From NCBI GenBank assembly GCA_963765495.1, contig CAVXWP010000010.1:96001-160000 (forward strand): a stretch of 64,000 bases of DNA. The letters run 5' to 3'. Numbering within the stretch: the first letter of the stretch is position 1; every line of letters starts with the position of its first letter. The notes below the pieces were generated by a model. That model was not told the origin of the DNA. It searched no databases and saw only the letters and a list, made by a program, of their open reading frames with translations. The position numbers and the translations under genes are program-made. This stretch comes from Blastocatellia bacterium (lineage in GTDB: Bacteria; Acidobacteriota; Blastocatellia; UBA7656). This document shows positions 1-9,553 of this stretch, piece after piece.

Positions 1-2
1 AA

Positions 3-962
3 CATCAGAAGATAGCTATCTTCAGAGCCTTGAAACAGCCATTCAACGCCGTACTGGTTCTTGATACGTCCAACAGCGCGCAGGACAGGCTCACGGTGAT
101 ACAAAGCGTGGCCCTGAGTTTCGCCCGCGAGATCAATCCTGATGATCAAATGATGGTCGTATCCTTTGATCACGACATTCACCAGTTGACGGATTTCACA
201 TCCGATCAGGCGGAAATCTCTCAGGCCATAAAGAGTACCGAGCCGGGCTTCGGCAAATTGCTCTACGAAGCGGTGGCTCACTCGCTCGAAAAACTCAGAG
301 ACCTCGAAGGCCGCCGCGCTGTAATCCTCCTGAGCGATGGAGTGGATATGCGCAGTATCGAGCAGACCGCCGAAAGCACTATAAGGCTGGCCGAAGAGGT
401 GGGCGCGGTAATCTATGTAGTGCGATTCGACACTCGCTGGTGGATAGAAGAAGAGGCCCGCCGTCGGCAGCAGGAAGAGAACGAATCGAAGATACCCTTC
501 CAGATAGATGGGCGAATCCCTCTGCCGCCGGATTTTGGGGGCCCCGATGTGACTACACCATCGGAGATTCCCCACCCAAAATCCCCGCGAATAGAGATAG
601 GGCCGTCGAGCCGTCCGCCGATCACCTATGATGATCCTAATATGAATCGCACGATGGGACCTCCCCCACCGAGAGACCCCGTCAAAGAGGCGCTCGACAA
701 GTTGTACGGCGAGGCCGATCAATTTATGGAAGACCTTTCCACACGCACGGGCGGGCGACTGTTCCGCGCAGAAAACTTCGACGGTACGCGGGGGGCCTTC
801 AAGGCCATCGCCGAAGAGTTAAGAAATCAATATCTGCTGGGTTATTATCCGACAAACGAAAAATCCGACGGCAAATATCGAAAGATCAAGGTCGAGGTCA
901 AAGGCAAAGGGCTCAAGATTCGCGCCCGCCCCGGCTATAGACCCGAAGAGAGTAGGCAGTAG
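3..962 (+). CDS. VWA-domain protein, acidobacterial VWFA-related type (5'-partial)
   Basis: MIDAS motif DTSNS, LLSDG, C-terminal 'ELRNQYLLGYYP..DGKYRKIKVEV..RARPGY'; frame is open back to the window edge. Confidence 0.88.
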   Translation, partial: HQKIAIFRALKQPFNAVLVLDTSNSAQDRLTVIQSVALSFAREINPDDQMMVVSFDHDIHQLTDFTSDQAEISQAIKSTEPGFGKLLYEAVAHSLEKLRDLEGRRAVILLSDGVDMRSIEQTAESTIRLAEEVGAVIYVVRFDTRWWIEEEARRRQQEENESKIPFQIDGRIPLPPDFGGPDVTTPSEIPHPKSPRIEIGPSSRPPITYDDPNMNRTMGPPPPRDPVKEALDKLYGEADQFMEDLSTRTGGRLFRAENFDGTRGAFKAIAEELRNQYLLGYYPTNEKSDGKYRKIKVEVKGKGLKIRARPGYRPEESRQ

Positions 963-1107
963 GCAGTAGGCAGTTATTTTGAAGCCAAGAACTAATCCGC
1001 GTAAATCCGCCCGATCCGCGTCATCCGTGGCCTATTCCCAATGTTCTAATTTGGCATCTGGATAGAGAGCGATGTGTTCCCTTAAAAACTGCCTACTGCC
1101 TACTGCT
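951..1107. repeat. Heptamer tandem-repeat inverted-arm element: (AGTAGGC)x3 ... (ACTGCCT)x3
   Basis: Arms at 951-973 and 1088-1107 are reverse complements. Confidence 0.8.
995..1022 (+). repeat. 28-bp dispersed REP-like repeat, copy 1
   Basis: ATCCGCGTAAATCCGCCCGATCCGCGTC; exact reverse complement at 55643-55670. Confidence 0.85.
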
Positions 1108-1324
1108 TCTCCGTTATAGAGCAACAGCTACACTAATTGGTGTAACCTCCATTTTCACTCTCTCGCTGACTGCTCTGATTTATTTTGAATTTCTGCTTTG
1201 GAATGAATACCTTACCTGCCCGTAACCTCTGAATCAGCCAGATGCCCCTTTGCGGCATAATGGTTGCTCCAAAACTTTCCGGTTAAGATAACGATAAAAA
1301 GTTATTTGCATAAAGGATAAGAAT

Positions 1325-3502
1325 ATGAAACGCTCTCTCCCCACGATTCTCAGCCTGATTCTTCTATTCTCTGTTGCCTTGACACCGGTCACGATTCTGA
1401 GCCAGACAATAGATTCCACCTCACAAGATTCAGATGACAGCGAAGATGATCTTGGTGTCACGCAAGTAGCGCGGCTAAGCTTCATTGACGGCGATGTATC
1501 TTTTCTCCGCGCTGGCGTAAGCGAATGGGCCGATGCGGCTGAAAACCTGCCCCTGCTTGCGGGCGACCAGATTTATACGGGCGCAGGTGCTCGCGCAGAG
1601 ATTCAACTCGAGCGCGGCAATTACATAAGGCTTTCAGAGAAAACCGCTCTTACGATCTCGGAATTGTCGGACACCACGGCGCAGTTCGAGATCACAGAAG
1701 GCATAGCCATCATTCGCATCGAACGGTTCTCTTCCATATTTAAACGATTCGAAGTAGATACCCCCAATTCGGCTCTCATTCTTGAGCAGGACGGTCTTTA
1801 TCGCGTCAATGTTCAGGGCGAGGAATTATCGGAGGTGATCGTGCGGCGCGGCGCGACCGAGGTTTCTACCGAAGTCGGCAATTTCAAGGTGCGCGAAGGC
1901 AATCGCCTGATCGTAGACACGTCGCCTCAAGGAAGGCTCGAAATCGCCGCCGATACTTCGCTTGACGACTGGGATCAGTGGAGCTATGACCGCGACGCGG
2001 CGATTGATCGGATTACCGTCTCCTCATCGCCGGATTATGTAAACGATTACGAAACAAGCTACAACAGCTTTTACGGCGCAAGCGAGCTTTCAAGCTACGG
2101 CACGTGGACGAATGTTTCTTCATACGGGGATTGCTGGATTCCGAGGACGAGCGGCGACTGGGCACCCTACCGATACGGCCAATGGCTCTGGATACCGGCG
2201 ACGGGCTGGACCTGGCTTGCTAGCGAGCCGTGGGGTTGGGCACCTTATCATTACGGCAGGTGGGCCTACATAAGCAATCTGGGATGGGCCTGGATACCGG
2301 GCTTTCGCTCTCGGTCATACGGTTATGATCAGCGCTATTACAGATGGCGACCGGCGCTTGTCTCTTTCTTCAATTGCCCGACTCCTCGCGGTAACTATAT
2401 TGGATGGCGTCCGCTTCACCCGGGCGAGAGATGGCACAGGCCCGACCGTGACGGAAGAAACGGAAGAAAAGGCGACCATTCTCATCTGCAATATCCAACC
2501 GCTCGCGGCGGAGCGCGGCGGCCCGGAGATAATGGCGGAAAAAACCAGAGACCTGGAACTCGCGACGGAGTGACTGTTCTGCCGGTGGAAGGATTCACAA
2601 GACCGGGCAGGCTCTCTCCTCGGCCCGAAGCGCCCGGACGAGAATTGCATAAATGGGTGAGCGAAGATGCGCGACCCGGGTTGCCCGATCTGACTCCGAC
2701 TCAGGCGGCATCGGCTCCTATCTCAAAGCGAATCGACAGGCAGCAGGGGTTCCGCCCAGCAGTAAAACCGCCGATTGAGATCATCAAGCGCCCGGTAGTC
2801 ACACGCAATCGGACTATTGATACGCAGGCGGAAACGAGCGTTCCGCGCGTGCGCCGTCTGATCGTCCCGCGCAAACAGGCGGAATCGAATGATACGCCAC
2901 GGACAAGAGACAAGAAGTCAGGAGACAACCGCGCAGGTCTTCGCGACAAAGACCGCGCGAATGAATCCGGCGACGGGCAACAGCATTCATCTGATCTCGA
3001 TAAGCGCCCTGATCGAGCAAACAGGACTCCGCGATTTGAAAAGCCGGACCCTTCAAATGAGGTTGTTGTCACGACAAGGCCGAAGCGAGAATCGAAGAGG
3101 GGAGCCTCTGACGAGCAAGGAACTACCGATCAGGATAAGAACAGAGATAAGAACCCTGAAAAGGAGCGCGTGCGCCCACGCCTTGCGCCCGCGTCTGATC
3201 CGTCGGTCATCACTCAGCCAAAGGATAAGCCGCGCGAAAGCGAAGATCGTAATCGCGAAAAGAACTCTCCCGCGACCGAGCGCCCACGCCCTTCAAATGA
3301 TGAGCCTGCGCGTACACGGGAAAACAGACCTGAAAGGCCGCATGTAGACAGGGATTCAACTCCGCGAACCACGGAGCCGAAACGCGAGCGGCCCGATCCC
3401 CCTGCTGCCAAACAAGAGCAACCTCGCCAGGAACGCCGCCAGGAAAGACAGGAGCAGAAACAGGAGCGGCAGGAACAGCGCAAGCAGGGAAAAGACCATT
3501 GA
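1325..3502 (+). CDS. Secreted FecR-like / DUF6600-type protein with long disordered R/P/E-rich tail
   Basis: Signal peptide; 'VARLSFIDGDVS..N.PL..GD.I.TG...RAEIQ' FecR-like region; W/Y/G-rich 'WAPYRYGQW..GWTW..EPWGWAPYHYGRW' block. Confidence 0.8.
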   Translation: MKRSLPTILSLILLFSVALTPVTILSQTIDSTSQDSDDSEDDLGVTQVARLSFIDGDVSFLRAGVSEWADAAENLPLLAGDQIYTGAGARAEIQLERGNYIRLSEKTALTISELSDTTAQFEITEGIAIIRIERFSSIFKRFEVDTPNSALILEQDGLYRVNVQGEELSEVIVRRGATEVSTEVGNFKVREGNRLIVDTSPQGRLEIAADTSLDDWDQWSYDRDAAIDRITVSSSPDYVNDYETSYNSFYGASELSSYGTWTNVSSYGDCWIPRTSGDWAPYRYGQWLWIPATGWTWLASEPWGWAPYHYGRWAYISNLGWAWIPGFRSRSYGYDQRYYRWRPALVSFFNCPTPRGNYIGWRPLHPGERWHRPDRDGRNGRKGDHSHLQYPTARGGARRPGDNGGKNQRPGTRDGVTVLPVEGFTRPGRLSPRPEAPGRELHKWVSEDARPGLPDLTPTQAASAPISKRIDRQQGFRPAVKPPIEIIKRPVVTRNRTIDTQAETSVPRVRRLIVPRKQAESNDTPRTRDKKSGDNRAGLRDKDRANESGDGQQHSSDLDKRPDRANRTPRFEKPDPSNEVVVTTRPKRESKRGASDEQGTTDQDKNRDKNPEKERVRPRLAPASDPSVITQPKDKPRESEDRNREKNSPATERPRPSNDEPARTRENRPERPHVDRDSTPRTTEPKRERPDPPAAKQEQPRQERRQERQEQKQERQEQRKQGKDH

Positions 3503-3619
3503 ACCTTGAGAATTCTCTCGGTGGCACGGACTGGGCGGATGAGTTGCGAAAATTAGTTTAACACCCCATCTGCTTCATCCTCCTTCGTCTCTCCTCCGCC
3601 TGGTCGGTGCCATCGAGAG

Positions 3620-3710
3620 TGACGAGCGATACGTGATGTGTGATTGAAGCGATTGACCTGTGAAATGTGAGTTGGCTCAAAGTCACGCATCACGCATCCC
3701 CTATCACATA
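3620..3710. repeat. Heptamer inverted-arm element (GTGATnn ... TCACGCA)
   Basis: GATACGTGATGTGTGA arm and TCACGCATCACGCATC arm. Confidence 0.6.
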
Positions 3711-3740
3711 TAACACTTCCCGCTTCACCAGGAGATAGCC

Positions 3741-4814
3741 ATGAAAAGGTTTATGTTCATTCTGTTCTCACTCTCCTTTATTCTCATATGGCCTTCGCTT
3801 CCGGCGACTATCGCGCAATCGCCCGAAATCCCAAAATCACAGACTTCAGATTCACAGACCTCAGATTCACAGGATAAGAAAAGAGGTCCCGTCAAACTCG
3901 GAGTTGATCTGGTAGTGCTTGATGCGCAGGTCATGGACCAGAAGACCAGTCGCATAATAGGCAATCTTAAAAAGGAAGACTTCGTTCTCTCGGAAGACGG
4001 AGTCCGACAGACGATAACTCACTTCGGACAGGACAGCCTCCCGCTCTCTGTGATACTGCTTGTGGATAGAGGCGGATGTCTCGACCCCTTTGGCGAGCAG
4101 GTGCGGCAGGCTACGCTTGAGGCGCTCTCACGGCTCAAGCCCGAAGACGAGGTGGCGGTGATGGCTTTCCACGATACGGTTGAATTGATCCAGGGATTTC
4201 GCACCTATAAGAGGGCGGCCGTCGAGGCGCTCAACCGGATGCCGCCCCACGATGAAAATGCCGAGCATTGTTTCAATCGCGCATTCTATGAAGCCGCGAA
4301 CTATATGCAAAGGGCTGCAAATCCCGACGGTCGCCGCGTCATAATCATGATCACGGGACTCACGACGAGCTTTGATTGCTCGGGACCTTCCGCATCAGAG
4401 ACCCGCGAAGCGGTGCTCGAATCCGGTAGCGTTGTCTGTGGTCTCATCCCAAAAACGCCGGCCCAGAGGCTCGAAAACGGGGTGCTCGGAGGTATCACGG
4501 GCATAGCCGGTGTATTCAAGGCAAAGACTTCCAGCCTGAAAGATTTCGCCGAAGAGACGGGCGGCGAAGTCCTTGGCGCAAAACCCGAAGAGATTGACCA
4601 CGCTTTTAACGATCTAGTGAATCACCTGCGCACGCGCTACAGCCTCGGCTTTGTTTCCACGAATACGAAACGGGACGGAAGTTATCGCAGGATAAAAGTC
4701 GAACTGGCTCAAACCCCGGCTAAGGGCAAGACAAGACTGGTGGTCAAAACCAGACGCGGTTATATAGCATCAAAAGCGGGCACCGAAAAAACCGATTCCG
4801 GCAGTTCGCATTGA
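3741..4814 (+). CDS. Secreted VWA-domain protein (degenerate MIDAS)
   Basis: SD AGGAGA; signal peptide; 'LVVLDAQV..GNLKKEDF...EDGVRQ.I..F'; LLVDRGGC in place of DxSxS; C-terminal 'RYSLGF..DGSYRRIKV..RRGY'. Confidence 0.85.
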   Translation: MKRFMFILFSLSFILIWPSLPATIAQSPEIPKSQTSDSQTSDSQDKKRGPVKLGVDLVVLDAQVMDQKTSRIIGNLKKEDFVLSEDGVRQTITHFGQDSLPLSVILLVDRGGCLDPFGEQVRQATLEALSRLKPEDEVAVMAFHDTVELIQGFRTYKRAAVEALNRMPPHDENAEHCFNRAFYEAANYMQRAANPDGRRVIIMITGLTTSFDCSGPSASETREAVLESGSVVCGLIPKTPAQRLENGVLGGITGIAGVFKAKTSSLKDFAEETGGEVLGAKPEEIDHAFNDLVNHLRTRYSLGFVSTNTKRDGSYRRIKVELAQTPAKGKTRLVVKTRRGYIASKAGTEKTDSGSSH

Positions 4815-4826
4815 TCAAAAAACAGA

Positions 4827-4900
4827 CTTGCCATCGAATGCAAAAAGACACTGAGAAAAATTTAAAAGAATCTCAGTGTCTTTTTGCATTCGATGGCAAG
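4827..4900. repeat. Perfect 30-bp inverted repeat (hairpin; REP-like or terminator)
   Basis: CTTGCCATCGAATGCAAAAAGACACTGAGA (4827-4856) and its reverse complement (4871-4900), 14-nt loop. Confidence 0.9.
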
Positions 4901-4926
4901 CCAAATCCCTTCATTGAGAGCTATGC

Positions 4927-4955
4927 TTGACACGGCAAAGGGCCGGCTATACTCT
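4927..4955 (+). promoter_or_regulatory. Sigma70-type promoter, probably giving a leaderless or near-leaderless mRNA
   Basis: TTGACA (4927-4932), 17 nt, TACTCT (4950-4955); ATG at 4964 with no SD. Confidence 0.55.
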
Positions 4956-4963
4956 CACACCGT

Positions 4964-5992
4964 ATGAGCGACGCTATTGATGTCGCCAGAAAAATCCTCA
5001 TAAACGACGAAGGCGAATTGCGCTCCGGCTGGCGAGTAGCCGTGTTCTTTATCGCCTTTGCTCTCTTTTCGGTATTGCTTGGCAGCACGGTCGCCGTCTT
5101 AGGGATTCTATTCCCCGCTTTCAAAGCCCTGCTCGCCGCACAGGATAATCCAGCGGCGGCTGGTTCAGCCGGTCTGGTTCTTTTTGCGCTCAGCCAGATG
5201 ATCAGCCTGATAGCGGTCATCGCGGCGACTCTGCTTTGCGCGCTTGCGCTCGAACACAGGAGCTTTGCCTCCGTAGGTTTCAAGCTGCACAAAGGCTGGC
5301 TGAAGGATTTCGCGATGGGTTCCATTCTGGGCACGGCTTCGCTGGGGCTGGCAGTGGCTATAGCCTTTGCGGCCGGGGCCACGCGCTTTCAGGTGCAGAC
5401 GACCGGGGTTGCGGTATTATTTCGTGATTTTATCTTTCTGCTCTTTCTGTTTCTGATCGCCGGAGCATTCGAAGAGTTGTTCTTTCGGGGTTTTGCGTTT
5501 CAGGCTTTGACTCATAATCTGGGGCCCGGTGCAGCTATAGCGATCACAGCCGCGCTGTTTGGGATGGCCCATCTGGGAAACCCGGATGCCACGTTTTATT
5601 CGACCATCAACGTAGCGCTCGCGGGCATATGGCTTGGCACTGCCTACCTGATGACCAGAAGCCTCTGGCTTGCGTTCGGGCTGCATTACTCGTGGAATTT
5701 GGTTATGGTCTTTGTCTTTGGCCTTCCCGTGAGCGGGTTTAAAGTTTTCAGTCAGCAAGGCTGGCTCGAAGGCGGCGCGGGGCCTCCCGAATGGCTTTCA
5801 GGGGGAGGGTTCGGCCCGGAAGGAGGCGTGGCGGCAACTGTTGCCTTGATCCTGTCTACACTGATAGTGTGGAAGAGCGGGCTTTTCTCAGCTTCTGAAG
5901 AGATGCTTGCTGCGATAAAACATGGAAAGAAAAGGACCCGGTTTTTGAGCCTGTCACTTGAAGATCAAAAAAAAGATTCATCATCAGAATAA
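4964..5992 (+). CDS. CPBP/Abi family intramembrane glutamic endopeptidase
   Basis: EELFFRG, FGMAH and HYSWN motifs; multiple TM segments. Confidence 0.92.
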   Translation: MSDAIDVARKILINDEGELRSGWRVAVFFIAFALFSVLLGSTVAVLGILFPAFKALLAAQDNPAAAGSAGLVLFALSQMISLIAVIAATLLCALALEHRSFASVGFKLHKGWLKDFAMGSILGTASLGLAVAIAFAAGATRFQVQTTGVAVLFRDFIFLLFLFLIAGAFEELFFRGFAFQALTHNLGPGAAIAITAALFGMAHLGNPDATFYSTINVALAGIWLGTAYLMTRSLWLAFGLHYSWNLVMVFVFGLPVSGFKVFSQQGWLEGGAGPPEWLSGGGFGPEGGVAATVALILSTLIVWKSGLFSASEEMLAAIKHGKKRTRFLSLSLEDQKKDSSSE

Positions 5993-6333
5993 GTACACCA
6001 GGGTAAGTACATCAGGATAAATAGACCGGAAATTAATTCCCATCCTTCGCGCTTATCTGAGATTTGAAATCTCGGATACCGTTACGCAAATCGAAGTGCG
6101 CTGCCTGCCGAAAATCAATTGAGTTGCCTACCCGGATATTCAACAAATTGCTTTATCTTCAATATATCGCAATATTGCAACTATTTTGTCCTCTGCTCGC
6201 GCGAAATTCGATGTATAATTCTCTGGTCATTAGAATGTGATCGGGGCTTCACTTCGGGTCAATACTTCGGGTCAATGGTCCCGCGAAATCTAATGATCTA
6301 ATCTCCCTCATGATTATTAAAGGTGGTTTTTTC

Positions 6334-8583
6334 ATGAACAGAAGAATTTCTATCGTTGCCATACTGATTGTGTTTTCAATCATTGTTGCGCCGGGCTTTC
6401 CAGGACTGCTTCATGTCGCCAGCGCGCAGAGCGATGTGAACCCGGCAGACTCCACCGGACCATCCGCGCCCAATTTGTCGGGACCTGTGCGCGCTATCGT
6501 AGAGCTTGAAGGCGAGTCGGTGGCCGCTCGCGCAAGAAGATTTACACCGGCAACGATTCGTCGCGGCAAGATTGATTTTGAATCGGCCTCGGCCCGCGCC
6601 GTTGAATCCGAAATCGAAGTCGAGCAGAACACATTTGCTTCGAAGGCCGCTCTGGTCTCTCCGAGTCTTCACGTCGAAGCCAGACATCGCAAGCTCATAA
6701 ATGCAGTCACGATTGAAGCACAGAGCACAGAACTCGCCGCAATCGCCGCCCTGCCCGACGTTAAAAGCGTAGAGATGGAAAAGCAGTATCACGCAACGCT
6801 TGATTCAAGCGTGCCTCTGATCGGCACCCCGGCTCTGTGGGAGAAGCTGGGCGGGTCGGCGGTCGCGGGAGAAGGCATCAAGATCGCCATCCTTGATACC
6901 GGCATAGACCAGAATAATCCCCTCTTTTCAGGAGCGGGATTTGTCGCGCCCGAGGGTTTTCCGCGAGGCGACGCCGGATTCACAAATAATAAAGTCATCG
7001 TAGCAAAATCATTCCTGAACGGTTCCTCCAGCCCACTCGACGAAAACGGTCACGGCACAAACGTGGCCGGTATAGCGGCGGGCAACCTCAACACGATCAC
7101 CCCGCTCGGCCCAATTTCGGGCGTAGCGCCCCGCGCCTTTCTTGGCAACTACAGAGTATTGAACAGGAGCGGTTCGGGCGGCAGCAGCGGAATCATTTCT
7201 GCCCTTACGGAGGCGGTGACAGACGGTTTCGATGTCGCAAACCTGAGCCTCGGCTCGGACGCGGGAAAGACTCTCGATGCACTTGCCCGCGCCGTCGAAA
7301 CGGCCGTGGCCTCGGGGATGACCGTATGCATAGCGGCAGGCAACGAGGGCGCTCAGGGAGAAAAAACAATCGGATCGCCCGGCATAGCGCCTTCGGCGAT
7401 AACGGTAGGCGCAACTTTTCTTGTGGAGCCGTCTCTTGCTGTGACCGATCCCGCGCCCGTCTCTCCGTCGGTTGCCAATCTGGTAACTGCCCGAGGAACC
7501 GGGGGCATTTCAACATCGCTTTTGCTTGCCTCCATCGGGCCACTGGGATATGCAGACACAAGCTCGCTCAACGGCCAGAGCCGCGTCTGCGGCGCTTTGC
7601 CCGACGGATCGCTCACAGGAAAGGTGGCGCTGATCGAACGCGGGGACTGCACCTTTACCGACAAGGTTAACGCAGCACAGGCAGCCGGGGCCGTTGCCGC
7701 GATTATCTTCAATCAGCCTTCGAGCGAAAAAACCGACGGCAGCGGGGGCGATCAATTGTTAGAGATGAGCGTGCCGGGAACCGCTATCCCCTCTGTTTTT
7801 GTCTCTCGCACAAGCGGGCTTGCGCTTCGAGACTGGCTGAATTCGCACCCGACCGCAAAATTAAAGATCGATCCGTTTGGCTCGGATGTCGTAGCCGCGT
7901 TTAGTTCGCGCGGTCCCTCATCGCTTGAAACTCTCAAACCCGATTTGACAGCGCCGGGCTTTAACATCTATTCGGGCGCTATAACTACATCCAACTCCGA
8001 TGGAGTATCCGACCCGAGCGGTTTCCTCGCGGTGAGCGGGACCAGTCAGGCAACGCCGCACGTCGCAGGCGCAGCGGCGCTCATCAAGCAACTCCATCCT
8101 TCGTGGCAGCCCCAGCAAATCAAATCAGCCCTTATGAGTTCGGCCGGCAATACGACGTTCAACGATTTAACCGAGCTTCAACCGGCAGGCGTGCTCGACG
8201 CGGGCGCGGGGCCTATAAATCTTGCGCGGGCGGCAGGCGTGAGTGCCGCTTTCTCGCCAGCGAGCCTCAGTTTTGGAATCAATAAGCTAAAGAAAAAGGC
8301 TGTGACCCTGTCGTCGGATTTCAATATCACGAATATGTCGGGCGGGTCGGAGAGTTACAAGATTTCCATCCAGCAGATTGATCCGGGCGACGGGGTGGAG
8401 ATCACTTCATCTGAGGAAATGGTTTCGCTCAGCCCGGGCCAATCCAGTACCGTAACCATAACCATCGCGGCGGCAAAGACAGCCGTAAAGCGCGACTATA
8501 CGGGCTATATCCTGATCACAGACTCCCTGGACCAGACCTATCGCGTGCCGTATTGGGTGCGGTATGTGAAGAAAAAGAAGTAA
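6334..8583 (+). CDS. Secreted S8 subtilisin-like protease with I9 propeptide, PA domain and Fn3-like C-terminus (Vpr-like)
   Basis: Catalytic triad ILDTG / GHGT / GTSQATPHV; PA motif 'GKVALIERGDCTF.DK..AQAAGA'; start set at ATG 6334 after AAGGTGG. Confidence 0.92.
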   Translation: MNRRISIVAILIVFSIIVAPGFPGLLHVASAQSDVNPADSTGPSAPNLSGPVRAIVELEGESVAARARRFTPATIRRGKIDFESASARAVESEIEVEQNTFASKAALVSPSLHVEARHRKLINAVTIEAQSTELAAIAALPDVKSVEMEKQYHATLDSSVPLIGTPALWEKLGGSAVAGEGIKIAILDTGIDQNNPLFSGAGFVAPEGFPRGDAGFTNNKVIVAKSFLNGSSSPLDENGHGTNVAGIAAGNLNTITPLGPISGVAPRAFLGNYRVLNRSGSGGSSGIISALTEAVTDGFDVANLSLGSDAGKTLDALARAVETAVASGMTVCIAAGNEGAQGEKTIGSPGIAPSAITVGATFLVEPSLAVTDPAPVSPSVANLVTARGTGGISTSLLLASIGPLGYADTSSLNGQSRVCGALPDGSLTGKVALIERGDCTFTDKVNAAQAAGAVAAIIFNQPSSEKTDGSGGDQLLEMSVPGTAIPSVFVSRTSGLALRDWLNSHPTAKLKIDPFGSDVVAAFSSRGPSSLETLKPDLTAPGFNIYSGAITTSNSDGVSDPSGFLAVSGTSQATPHVAGAAALIKQLHPSWQPQQIKSALMSSAGNTTFNDLTELQPAGVLDAGAGPINLARAAGVSAAFSPASLSFGINKLKKKAVTLSSDFNITNMSGGSESYKISIQQIDPGDGVEITSSEEMVSLSPGQSSTVTITIAAAKTAVKRDYTGYILITDSLDQTYRVPYWVRYVKKKK

Positions 8584-8617
8584 TCTTTTCAAGTATGAAT
8601 AAAGATTAAGATAACTT

Positions 8618-8688
8618 TAGCCACAGAGGCACCGCAGACGCAGAGAATTTCTCAATCTTTCTCTGTGTCTGCGGTGCCTCTGTGGCTA
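8618..8688. terminator. 30-bp inverted repeat between convergent genes (bidirectional terminator / REP-like)
   Basis: TAGCCACAGAGGCACCGCAGACGCAGAGAA and reverse complement at 8659-8688 with one G-U pair. Confidence 0.75.
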
Positions 8689-8722
8689 TGATGCGGGCTC
8701 AGGTCACTCTATCTACGGCTGC

Positions 8723-9400
8723 CTATAAAAATAGAGATTTTGCTTCTTCCAAAGAAAACCCGGCGAGTGTCGTCAAGACGAGGTCGGCTTTTGAGAGTTG
8801 CGCCTTCGGGTAGGAATTTGTCACAGCCACGCAGCGCATTCCGGCGCGATGGGCGGCCTCAACTCCGTGGATGGAATCTTCTATCACCAGACATTCGGCA
8901 GGCTCTATCTGTTCCTCAAGACAATTTCCGATTCTTTCACAAGCTCTGAGAAACGGTTCAGGATGAGGCTTTCCGTGAGCCACATCTTCGGCGCTGATGA
9001 TCGCGCAAAAACACTCGCGCACGCCGCCGTGGCGCAAGACCAGTTCAACCTCGTGGCCGAGCGCACCCGACGCGACAGCCAGTGGAAAATATTCCGATGC
9101 CTGACGAATGAAATCGGCTACACCGGGAAAAAGGCTCAAATTAGCCCGCATCACGGGTTCGATGTAAAGGGCTTTGCGCCGGATCAAATCGCGGAGCCGA
9201 GCATTATCAAGCGATTTCCCGCGATCCGAAAAAACCTTACCGAAACAGCCGCGATCATCGAGCGCCAGATAGGATTGAAAATACTCTTCTCGGGTAAGAG
9301 TAATCTGCTCTTCATCGAGTACCTTTTGAAAGGCTGCCAGATGAAGAGGCTCCGTGTCGGCAATTACGCCGTCGCAATCAAATATTATGGCTTTAAGCAT
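8723..9400 (-). CDS. HAD-family phosphatase (beta-PGM/CbbY-like)
   Basis: FDCDGV motif I, KPHP, IEDS..GV..A..AGM; start at ATG 9400 because the upstream extension is repeat-derived. Confidence 0.9.
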   Translation of the reverse strand: MLKAIIFDCDGVIADTEPLHLAAFQKVLDEEQITLTREEYFQSYLALDDRGCFGKVFSDRGKSLDNARLRDLIRRKALYIEPVMRANLSLFPGVADFIRQASEYFPLAVASGALGHEVELVLRHGGVRECFCAIISAEDVAHGKPHPEPFLRACERIGNCLEEQIEPAECLVIEDSIHGVEAAHRAGMRCVAVTNSYPKAQLSKADLVLTTLAGFSLEEAKSLFL

Positions 9401-9402
9401 GT

Positions 9403-9553
9403 CAGTAGGCAGTATGCGGTAGGCAGTAGGCAGTAAGCTGACGATCAAGATCAAAGCAACCGGGACGGTAACGCTTAGCCAGAATATGAATGTGAATGGT
9501 TGGTACCCACCTCCGGTATACCGATGCCACTGCTTACTGCCTACTGTCTACTG
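9403..9553. repeat. Heptamer inverted-arm element (AGTAGGC)n ... (ACTGCCT)n
   Basis: Same family as 951-1107. Confidence 0.75.

Noticed and set aside
1142-1167. Second ECF promoter (GTAACC-n16-CGCT) upstream of the FecR/DUF6600 gene
   Set aside because: The -10 element deviates from CGTC; too weak to call without TSS data
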